The notes beneath the pieces were generated by a model that did not search any database, had not been told where the DNA came from, and saw only the letters and a program-made list of their open reading frames with translations. Shown here in pieces: positions 1 through 9,600 of a DNA stretch of 64,000 nt. This stretch comes from Promethearchaeota archaeon (GTDB lineage Archaea; Asgardarchaeota; Lokiarchaeia; Sigyniarchaeales; SOKP01), in assembly GCA_048938895.1 (NCBI GenBank), contig JBHLLU010000006.1, forward strand, positions 54,367 through 118,366, written 5' to 3'. A program made the translations under genes and the position numbers. Position 1 is the first letter of the stretch. Each line of letters begins with the position of its first letter.

Positions 1-1187
1 AACCATTTCTAGAAGTTGATCTATAGAAGCTTTCAAATCCTTTAGATTATCCCAAATACTAAGTTGCTTAAGTAACTCATCATGTTCATTTGAAATTATA
101 ACTGCTAGTCTATTAAGTTTAAATTTTTCAGCTAAATATTGTGCTTGGGATAATATTTGCCGCGCTTTCTTAAGATCTAAAGTCAATAATGCTAATTTAG
201 CGTTTAAAATATAAGCTTCGACTTGAATCCAGTAAGAATCTTGATCTTATGCCATATCTGATAATCTAGTTATTAAAAGTTGTATCTCCTCCAGAATTTC
301 ACTATCTTTTGTAATTTGTAATTCACTTAGAAGCAATTCACAAAGGTTAATAAGTGCCTTAACAGAAGATTCAAAATGGATAACATGTTCTTCAATGATT
401 TTTCTCAGTATATCTTCAGCTTTTACTCGATTTCTTAATCGAGGGCTTGATTTTAAGACATATGCATAACCTTCCCGATAAAATAGATCAATTAGTTCAT
501 TCTCTTCTTGATTATTAAGCTGCTCTAAGCGCAACAAACAACTTTTAGCTAATTCTATATTACCCATTTCAAGAGCAATATCCAATGTTGTACTAAGCCC
601 AAAAGCTAAGCCTACTACACTCTTATTAGATAAGAATTTATTATAAAATGTTATACAACGCTTTCCATATATTAATGCTTGATCTAAATCGCCTAATATA
701 CGATACCGTTCTGCAAGATTGTTAAGACTTGTTGAAATTAATCGTAAATCGTTAATTTCTTCAGCAATTAATATAGCTTCTTCTTGATATTTTAGTGATT
801 CTCTTTCATCGCCTTTAAAAACAAAAACATTTCCTTTTAATCTTGTTAAACGAAATCTTCGCATTTTTCAATTTTTTCAAGACTTTTGTCTAGTTTTCCT
901 AACATTTGTAGTGAACGAGCTTGTATTAAAAGAGCGTCGAATGAATGAAATTTAATATTTAAACGTTTAGCTTCTTCATATCCTATCTCAGCGAGTTTAA
1001 TCGATTCATTATAATTTCCTAGGCATCCTAAACAATCACTCTTTATTATTTGGAAAGCATTTTGCTCTACCTCTGTTAGATTTCCTCTCTCTTCAACTTT
1101 TTGAATAATTTGAAGAGCCTCGTTAAGATTTCCTTCATTGAAAAAATTACGGGCATCAGTTAACTCTTGAGATTCGGAAAAGAGCAT
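1..1187 (-). pseudogene. TPR-repeat protein, apparently disrupted (frameshift/deletion near 846-864, in-frame TAA at 247-249); runs off the window start
   Basis: ORFs 846..1187 and 247..864 both carry TPR-like helices (SLNNLAERYRILGDLDQAL) and overlap in different frames. Past the TAA at 247-249 the same frame stays open to base 1 (DQDSYWIQVEAYILNAKLALLTLDLKKARQILSQAQ...NEHDELLKQLSIWDNL). Confidence 0.75.
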
Positions 1188-1469
1188 ATTTTCATCAGAA
1201 TTAAATTTTAATTAAGAAACTCAAGTTTATCTAACTTTTGAAATGAGATTTCTAAATATATAATATAAAGAAAGAACTCATCTTTATTTAAAAGATTTAC
1301 TGAGAAGTAATTGTTTCCAATGAGTAATTTGATTTTAAGAACCGAAAGATTGAATTGTAAAATTCTTAATGAAATTCCCTATAAAAAAGAATAATTAACA
1401 TTTTTATATCCGAATTTCATTAATTAATTAATTACAAACCGAAAATTATTTTCTGGAAAATTTGGCATC

Positions 1470-2051
1470 ATGAATGATAAAAATAAATCTGACGAAAATT
1501 TGGTGTTTCATGACCGATCTGAGATGATATTTAAGATAATTGTTATAGGAGACCCAGCGGTTGGTAAAACGAGTCTGTTGACTAATTTCTGTGGCGATAA
1601 GTTTCAATATGAATATGTTCCTACTGTAGGTGTTAATATTACCAAAGAGAAAGTCACTGTTAAGAACGACATGGGCAAGGACACAAATATAAGTCTTATG
1701 GTATGGGATGTAGCAGGTCAACCTCAATTTTATATGCTCCACCGACCCTACTTTAACGGTGCCGATGGAATGATACTAGTCTATGACGTTACTCGGTCAA
1801 GTTCATTCTCAAATATAAACAATTGGTATTCAACTGCCGTCAAATATGGACTTTCTGGTATTCCCCGTATTCTAATTGGTAATAAAATTGATTTAAAGGA
1901 TGAAAAAAAGATTATTCTTCCAATGGCTGAACATTTAAGCCAAAAACTCAATGCGCCATTTTTTGAAACCTCTGCATTAACAGGAGAGAATGTTTCTGAA
2001 ATTTTCCATAAAATCGGAGAATTGACACTTCTTTCAAAACTACAAGAATAA
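1470..2051 (+). CDS. Rab-like small GTPase (Ras superfamily)
   Basis: G1 GDPAVGKTS, G2 YVPTVG, G3 WDVAGQ, G4 NKID, G5 ETSAL; no C-terminal Cys prenylation motif. Confidence 0.95.
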   Translation: MNDKNKSDENLVFHDRSEMIFKIIVIGDPAVGKTSLLTNFCGDKFQYEYVPTVGVNITKEKVTVKNDMGKDTNISLMVWDVAGQPQFYMLHRPYFNGADGMILVYDVTRSSSFSNINNWYSTAVKYGLSGIPRILIGNKIDLKDEKKIILPMAEHLSQKLNAPFFETSALTGENVSEIFHKIGELTLLSKLQE

Positions 2052-2151
2052 TTTTTTTATAATTGTCACTCCTTGCTTCAACCGTAAGCTAAATATAGTA
2101 GCTAGACATATTTAGAATCAGTAATAATTTTTTTGAGGAGGAGATTAATTT

Positions 2152-2442
2152 TTGAAAATCCAAGAAGAAGATTTATTAGAGGCTAGAGTTCGCAAGTTAG
2201 AAATGATTGAGGATGTTTATGTAGTCACCACATTTTTTATCATGATTGCACTAATTTTTTTGGCTACATATACAATTCCTGACCTTTTGGATATCATTAG
2301 GTCAGATCGAGCTATTATTTTCAATTTAAATGAAATTGTAAAAATTATATTAGTGTATTTGATTATTTTAATTGAGATAATTGGATTTTTTGTAATTCGA
2401 AGTTATAATCGAAAAGTTAAAAAGGAAAAAGATAAAAAATAG
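2152..2442 (+). CDS. Small two-TM membrane protein, unknown function
   Basis: 96 aa, two hydrophobic segments, basic tail; GAGGAGG upstream of the TTG start. Confidence 0.7.
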   Translation: MKIQEEDLLEARVRKLEMIEDVYVVTTFFIMIALIFLATYTIPDLLDIIRSDRAIIFNLNEIVKIILVYLIILIEIIGFFVIRSYNRKVKKEKDKK

Positions 2443-2456
2443 CTTTCAAATAAACA

Positions 2457-3020
2457 TTATCCCTTTACAGTTAATTTGTTAATCCAAAAATTGATTTTTT
2501 CTTTTAATTCTTCTTTTATTTCTTCTGGAAGAGATGCTAGCACTTTCAATTTATTATTAAACTGACCAATTTCATAAAGAATCCTATGTCCTCCTGTAAA
2601 CTCATAGATCTCCTGTTTTAGATTTTTTAATATAATGACAACAGTTTGAGGATCATCATTCTCATCTAAATAATCCATTAAACTTCTAAACTCATCTACT
2701 ATTGATATTTTTCTGTCTGTTGCGGATATGTTACGCTCAACAGTTTCAGCTTCCACTTCCTTTGGTTGGGATGAAATGTTAGATCTTTGAATTAATGTTC
2801 TGATTAAATCGAGTTCTGCTTCCAGAATCTTTTGATTTTCAATAACATTAGTGAGTTGCGGTAATAATGCTTTTACATCAATTGTAGCCTTGCTTAATTC
2901 ATCAACTTTTTCAGTAAGCATATTTAACTTTAAATTAGTTTGACCTAACTTTGTTATTATATCAAGGCCAAATTTCTCAAGGATTGATGCAAATTTTTCA
3001 ATTTCTTCTGAAGGACTCAT
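2457..3020 (-). CDS. Hypothetical protein: N-terminal coiled coil plus C-terminal helical domain shared with 43846..46050
   Basis: Heptad pattern over aa ~20-80; C-terminal ...LKEKINFWINKL aligns by eye with the end of the 734-aa protein. Confidence 0.8.
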   Translation of the reverse strand: MSPSEEIEKFASILEKFGLDIITKLGQTNLKLNMLTEKVDELSKATIDVKALLPQLTNVIENQKILEAELDLIRTLIQRSNISSQPKEVEAETVERNISATDRKISIVDEFRSLMDYLDENDDPQTVVIILKNLKQEIYEFTGGHRILYEIGQFNNKLKVLASLPEEIKEELKEKINFWINKLTVKG

Positions 3021-3162
3021 TACGTTTCCCCCTTAAGATTTAAGTTGCATAAAGATATTTAATGATTAAAAAAGAGTGCTTTTACAAAAACTATTTTTTA
3101 TCGAAATTTATTATTTAATTATTTAATTAATAATCATAATGGTATTATAAAAAACTTCTGAA

Positions 3163-4053
3163 GTGGAAAACTTGATTCAGTACATAAACATTCTTACTAA
3201 AGATGGGAAATCCTTACTTTTCAGGAATTACGGAACTTCTGAAGTAGACAGAGATTTATTAGCTGGATTCTTAAGTGCTTTTTCAGGTTTTATGAAAGAA
3301 ATTAGCCAGAGTGATATTAAAAGTACTCAGACCGAGGATTTCAAGTATTTTTATACAATTATTGATACCATTATCATTGTAGTTTGTACTGATTTAGAGG
3401 ATGATGATTCCACTATTAATTCTAAAATCTTGAGTATTAGAACGAGATTTGTTGAACAATATGGTAAACTGCTTGAGGATGGTAGTTGGGCAGGAAATCG
3501 TACTCTTTTTTATGACTTTGAAAAGGAATTAGATAATCTTATCCTTGGAGCGATTAAGATTTCTATCCTTGGCTTCCCAGAAGTTGGAAAAACTACATTA
3601 ACAAAATTAATATGTGGAAAGGATGTTGATCTTGAGTACGTACCTACAATTACAGCAGATATTGCTTCCTATGATGGAGATGAATTCGAGCGATCCATTA
3701 CTTTATGGGATTTCGCAGGTCAAGCTCAATTTAGATCATTATGGAAAAGCCTTTTAGAGGGTTCAGATATTTGCATTTTAGTGACTGATTCTACATATGA
3801 AAATATAAATGGTTCTAAAGAAATCATTTATGATATATTGGATAAATATTATCAAAATAAATTAGTAATTGGTATTGCAAATAAGCAAGACTTGCCAAAT
3901 CGGCTTTCACCTGAATTTTGCGAAAGGATATTATCTAGTGAAAAACGAGTTATCAAAACCCATGGAATGATCGCAATTGAACCAATGTATCGAGAAAAAA
4001 TTTTGGCTATATTAAAAGAAGCAATAAAAGAAATCTCAGTAGTTAGTGACTAA
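3163..4053 (+). CDS. Longin domain-small GTPase fusion
   Basis: N-terminal longin-like pattern (YINILTKDGKSLLFRNY...DLLAGFLSAFSGFMKEI); C-terminal GFPEVGKTT, YVPT, WDFAGQ, NKQD. Confidence 0.9.
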   Translation: MENLIQYINILTKDGKSLLFRNYGTSEVDRDLLAGFLSAFSGFMKEISQSDIKSTQTEDFKYFYTIIDTIIIVVCTDLEDDDSTINSKILSIRTRFVEQYGKLLEDGSWAGNRTLFYDFEKELDNLILGAIKISILGFPEVGKTTLTKLICGKDVDLEYVPTITADIASYDGDEFERSITLWDFAGQAQFRSLWKSLLEGSDICILVTDSTYENINGSKEIIYDILDKYYQNKLVIGIANKQDLPNRLSPEFCERILSSEKRVIKTHGMIAIEPMYREKILAILKEAIKEISVVSD

Positions 4054-4131
4054 TTTATAGCTATAAATCATATTTTATAATCATAATCATTTTAAGATTT
4101 TCAAACCTTTTTCCAATTATTAAATTAAATT

Positions 4132-5889
4132 TTGGCGATTTACTTGATCGAATTAATAATAGAAGATATTAAATTAGAGGATTCAGAAGGAAACACTGAA
4201 ATTATCAAATTACCTGAACTAACTGAAGAGGAAAGAAATATTATTGATCCGATTATTGCTCCTACATCAGGTTTGAGAATTCAAATTTGTGATGTAATTG
4301 AAGAAAACAAGAAATATTTTATCCCAAATAGAAAATTATTTCTGTTTCTAAGAGTCTTTAAAGCGATCAGTCAATATTATATTGAAGAAATAAGAAATCA
4401 AAATTTAAAGATACTAATTGTAACTGACGATCGTCCAAGTAGACATTTATTGTTAAAATATTGTTCTCAAATTTTTGCTTATGACGGGTTTAAAATATAC
4501 TATCAACAAGATTCTCCTAATGAATCAAGAGTATCTTCCCCATATGGGGCTGCATCTGTTGCCTTATATGATGATATCGATCTTCTCATTGTACTTACTG
4601 CAAGCCATAATGATTTATCCTGGAATGGAATTAAGTTTTATATTGAATACCCAATGCCTATGTCTGGTAAAATATTCCAAGAAATCTCTAAAAAAGCCTT
4701 AACTTATAAGGAAATCTTTCTAAAAACAGATTTTGAAGCTATCCAAATTGAAGCTATAAACAAAAACAATGAATATGTGAAGAAATTAGTATCAGAAGTA
4801 ATAGAAATTAAAAGCATTAAAGGTAAAAATATTGTAATTTGGCCTTATTTAGGTAAAGCCCGAGGAATTGTTGATTTATTCAAAGAATATGGAGCAAATG
4901 TGATATTAATTGAAGAGGAAATTAATCCCCCTAATCCTATCAAAGTCATTTTTGAAGATACATTACAGAAGATTATGAGCCAAAATAATTCTATTCTTGC
5001 ACTCCTCTTAGATGCTGATAGAGATAGAATTGCTTTGTACGTAAAACAAAATGGAAAATATTATACCTATATCCCAAATGAAATATATTCAGCAATGCAT
5101 ACTATCTTAGCTAAGGAATTTAATAAAAAAATTATAAATGTAAGAACTATTCCAAGCGATTTACGCGGAGATCATGCAAGTTATATTAACATTTTGACTG
5201 GTGTAGGATATAAACATATAGGAGTTATTATGTATTTCTTATTTGGTATAGCGGTAGAGCAGTCAAAAATTGATACAGCAATACTGTACTATGAGGATCA
5301 AAGTAAAAATTTGATCAAAATAAATAATCCGATACCTTTAAGGCAAGAAATAATAGATTTGATGAATCTTGAAGATAAAAATAGCGAAAAGTTTTTAGCT
5401 GTATATTGGGAAGAGTCTGGTGGTCATACTTTAAATATAGTAAACGTTTCAAAGGATCCAGTAAATGGCACCTTTAGTTTCTCTACAAATTTACCTATTA
5501 TTGCTGATAAATACCCTGTTCCTGCATTAGTTCTTATAACAGAACTAATTTGTCGAGGATTTACTATTTCAGAATCAATAGATTGGTCAATTATGGGAAT
5601 AAATAGAACAATTCCAGCTATTGATGAAGAAAAAGTTGAGATTATGGAGAAGTTTAAAAAATTTGATGGGAAAACTATTTGCATTGATAATAAAGAATAT
5701 AAAGTCCATGCATTATCGGATAATAACGATATGATAGATATCTATCAACTTAAAAGTACTGATTCAACACTTTATTTTCGTCCCAGTGGAACAGGTCCAG
5801 AAGTGAGATTCTATATTTTTGGAAAACGAGAAACTCATTTAGAGGAAATAAAAAAAGTAATGGATTATATCAATAGTAATTTCAAGTAA
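4132..5889 (+). CDS. Alpha-D-phosphohexomutase (phosphoglucomutase/phosphomannomutase family)
   Basis: TASHN phosphoserine loop, DADRDR metal loop, EESGG sugar loop, RPSGTGPEVRFY phosphate loop. Confidence 0.9.
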   Translation: MAIYLIELIIEDIKLEDSEGNTEIIKLPELTEEERNIIDPIIAPTSGLRIQICDVIEENKKYFIPNRKLFLFLRVFKAISQYYIEEIRNQNLKILIVTDDRPSRHLLLKYCSQIFAYDGFKIYYQQDSPNESRVSSPYGAASVALYDDIDLLIVLTASHNDLSWNGIKFYIEYPMPMSGKIFQEISKKALTYKEIFLKTDFEAIQIEAINKNNEYVKKLVSEVIEIKSIKGKNIVIWPYLGKARGIVDLFKEYGANVILIEEEINPPNPIKVIFEDTLQKIMSQNNSILALLLDADRDRIALYVKQNGKYYTYIPNEIYSAMHTILAKEFNKKIINVRTIPSDLRGDHASYINILTGVGYKHIGVIMYFLFGIAVEQSKIDTAILYYEDQSKNLIKINNPIPLRQEIIDLMNLEDKNSEKFLAVYWEESGGHTLNIVNVSKDPVNGTFSFSTNLPIIADKYPVPALVLITELICRGFTISESIDWSIMGINRTIPAIDEEKVEIMEKFKKFDGKTICIDNKEYKVHALSDNNDMIDIYQLKSTDSTLYFRPSGTGPEVRFYIFGKRETHLEEIKKVMDYINSNFK

Positions 5890-5946
5890 AATCACATTAA
5901 ATTTCGGAATCGACATATTTAAATATGATTATATTTTTATTATATA

Positions 5947-5987
5947 TAAAATATCGATATGTCAAATAAAGACATGTTGATATTTTA
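5947..5987. promoter_or_regulatory. Inverted repeat, putative PadR operator overlapping a TATA-like element
   Basis: TAAAATATCGATATGTC-aaataaa-GACATGTTGATATTTTA, arms match 15/17; ends 13 nt before the padR ATG and adjoins TTATATATAAA. Confidence 0.6.
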
Positions 5988-6000
5988 GGGGTTAACAGTT

Positions 6001-6561
6001 ATGAGTACGGATAAATTTGTCGAAAATATAGAACAATCTATGAAAAGTGGGTATATCAGCATGCTTATTTTGTTAGCTCTTGAAAAAGAGAAAGAGGCAA
6101 ATGGTTATAAGCTCATGAAATTGATATCTGAAGATACATTTGGTGAATGGCGTCCAACCAATTCCACTATATATCCTTATCTTTCCAACCTTACAGACAG
6201 AGGATTAATTCATTATAAAACGAGGAAACAAGGTGAAAGAGAAAGTAAAGAATATTCCTTGACAATGAAAGGCAAGAAGATCTTAAAAATGTTAGTAGAA
6301 AAGCAACAAGAAATGAATATAACCTTGTTTAGCTTCATATCAAATGTTATTGATATAAAAACTCTTCCTATTCGTTTATTCAACTTTTTTGACCAATCCT
6401 TTAATGAAAATATGTTAATGGGTAAATCTGATAAAGAAAAAATCGAAATTCTTAATAGACGACTTGAAATATTAAATTTTATCTTGGATATTATTGGGAA
6501 GAATAAAGTTGAAATGAAGAAAGAATTAGAAATTCTCAAGGGTAAAACTCCTGAGAACTAA
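6001..6561 (+). CDS. PadR-family transcriptional regulator
   Basis: ANGYKLMKLI...PTNSTIYPYLSNLTDRGLI...KEYSLTMKGK winged-helix signature. Confidence 0.92.
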   Translation: MSTDKFVENIEQSMKSGYISMLILLALEKEKEANGYKLMKLISEDTFGEWRPTNSTIYPYLSNLTDRGLIHYKTRKQGERESKEYSLTMKGKKILKMLVEKQQEMNITLFSFISNVIDIKTLPIRLFNFFDQSFNENMLMGKSDKEKIEILNRRLEILNFILDIIGKNKVEMKKELEILKGKTPEN

Positions 6562-6635
6562 ATTGTGAGGAGATTACCTTCCTCAGATTTATACAAAAAA
6601 AATCTAATAAAAAAAGAAAAAGAGTAAAGAAGAAC

Positions 6636-9600
6636 ATGGGTGTAATACTAAAGATCTCGTTACGTAATATGAAAAGACGTAAACTCCGTTATATTCTAAC
6701 CACACTTACCCTTGTTATTAGTGTTGCGCTATTTGGGGGAGTTATGATCGTTTCTGATTCATTTAATGAGATGATGTTAGAGACATTTGATAAACAAATG
6801 GGTACGGCCGATATTCTCATTAAACCAGCAAATAGTACAAACGGTTGGTTCAATCCTATTGAAATTAATAATGAGATAGAAGATATAAAACATGTTGAAT
6901 CTATAGCTTATAGAATAGTAGGATTTAATGTTTATGTCAGTGCTACAGATAGTGGAAATCAGGTTGATAATAGTACTAGAACTATGATAAATGGTATCGA
7001 TCCCCAAGATTCAGATGAACGAGCACTAGGATCAGAACCATTTATTCTAGATTCTGTTATCGATGGCAAAATCGTTGAAGATCTTCTTGATTATGTGGAT
7101 CCGATTAATAATAATAGTGTAATAGTGATTTCAGAATCATTAAAAATCAAATTAGGTAAGGACTTTAAGGCAGGTGATAGTGTATGGATTCTTCCGGTTA
7201 ATGGAACATTGCTAGGATATAATCCAATGGATACAGGAACATGGCAAGAATATACTGTTACCGCAATAATTCGTGATATAGGAGAGGCGCGTGATTTTGA
7301 TCCTGAAAATCCTTCAGAATCTTCAATGTTTGCAGAAGGACCGGGGATTTATGCGAGTATTAATAACACACGACGGATGGTTGATGGTACAGGGGAACAT
7401 ACTGATGAATTCAATTTAGCTGTTGTAGGTGTTGATAATATATATAGCGTATCATCTGTTACAGAAGAAATAACTAGTAGATTAGCGGCTCTTAATGATG
7501 AGAGAGATTGGAGAGTCAATGACCTAAAATCAGATAGTTTAGAGATGATAGAAACGTCAATGAGTACAATGCGTACGATGTTTATGATGTTTGGAGTTAT
7601 AGCATTAACATTATCGGTCATATTGATGATGAATATCTTTAACATTATTAAAAAGGAACAAGAATATGAAACAGGCATGTTTCAAGCGATAGGTGCATCA
7701 AAATCCGAAACTTTCAAGATGTTCTTGACGCAAGGAGTAGTGATGGGAATTGTCGGTGCATTAATAGGCACAGCATTTTCTTACCTTATATCTTATGTGA
7801 TATTTTCAGTTACCTTAGAAACAATTCAAAGTATTGCTTCTCAAATGGGTGGATTCACGATTTCAGATTTTACAATTGTTGTTTATCCAACTACATTGAT
7901 AACTACCTTTGTAATAGGTCTAATTGCGTGTATTGTAGCCTCGCTATATCCTAGTTGGAAAGCAAGTAGGAAACCCATCATTGAATGTTTAAATCCTATT
8001 GAAGAAAAATCTAAAAGAGAAAAAAAACATTATATAAGAAGATTAGTTTTCTTTATTTTAGGAGGCTTACTTTTAGTTGGTGGATTAATACTCACTTATT
8101 CAGGCACTGAGAGTACAACCCAAATCCAAACAGGTGCAGGACCACCTCAGGGAATGATTTTGTCTATGTTTGCTCCCATTTTAGTTTTATTTGGGATTAT
8201 CTGGTTATTAGCGCTTAGTATAAAGCCTTTTAATAGAACTTTTGTATATTTGTTTTCCCCATATCTGCGAAAAACAAGGTTATTAACTGAAAAAAATATC
8301 TTAAGACATCGGCGAAGGACAACTCTTACCTTCACAATGATTGCAATTACAACGAGTTTTCTTATTGGTATGAGCGTAATGATGGATTCTATGAGAGCAG
8401 GAATTCATACTACTGTAAATGACTTCATGGGTGCAGATATTAGAGTATTTACTTATAATACACCAAGATCATTTGAAGTAGGACTTCTCAACCAAACTGG
8501 AGTTGATGATGTTATGGGTGTGAGTCATCAAAATGCCCAAATTCATATAGAAGGTGAGTGGATAGGTCATAGCCTACTTGAAAGTGAATTTAATACCTCT
8601 ATTACTGCTAATGTGTTGGAAACAGACAAAATTAAGGAACATATGAAGAAAACTCAGATAATTTCCCCGTCGTCAATGAGCCTGAATGAAATGATGAATG
8701 AAATCGCAAGTGGAAATAAAATTATAATTGATGAAAATTTTGCTAAAGATTATGACGTAGATATTGGTGAAATTATACCAGTAAAATTTACACTTGGGAC
8801 AACATTTGCTAATCTAACTGCAATGCTTGATCAAGATACTACGAATGCTCAAGAAGATACCTTAGTAGTTAATATGACAGTTGTCGCAGTAGTACGATCT
8901 ATTCAAGGTTTTTCTACTGTGGATATAATGGGCTTTTTAAGTGAAGGAAAAACGTATAATGTGTTTATATCATGGGAAACTTATGAAAATATAGCTAATA
9001 AAAATTTACCTGGTGGTGGTACTGATTTAGCTTTTAGACAATTAACTCAAACCGGTAATCCAATGTTAGATATAGTTCTACCCAATTGGTTTAACTTTTC
9101 TACTATTGAAACAATTCTTAATAGCATTACAGGTATTGAATATTATACAACCAGAATGGATTATTATAGTCCAACAGCTTTTAATGGAATTCCCATAGAT
9201 TATATGAGTTCAATTACCGGAATTCATATTAATTCAAGTGGAAGACTAAGATCTGATTCTTATTTCGGTAATAACAGTGTTATGGCTCAAAAAGTGGGAT
9301 ATTCAGGAGAAACTATGGAAGAACTTCTTAATACAGCTCAAAGGGTATGTGTTGTTGATGAAATTTTTATGATGCTCAATCCTTCTATTGCAATTGGAGA
9401 TAACATTTCAATTTTTCCACAACAATTTGTACCTACTATAATTGATGCAAGTGAATTTATTTCAACAATTATACCATATTTAGCTAATTTTACATCAATT
9501 TCTGGCAGTACAGGAAATTTAACACTATCTGATGATGTTTACTTATCAGTTGAAAGTAATCAACAATGGCTTGCTTTTAATATAACAACAAGTCTATTAC

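Noticed and set aside
247-249. Possible recoded stop (Sec/Pyl readthrough) in the TPR gene
   Set aside because: The codon is TAA, not TGA or TAG, and a second lesion exists upstream.
1446-1742. 98-aa antisense ORF, and the many other short ORFs nested in or opposite long genes (e.g. 6213..6539, 15325..15723, 45504..45875, 57844..58182)
   Set aside because: They lie within well-supported genes and have no recognisable motifs; these are shadow ORFs.
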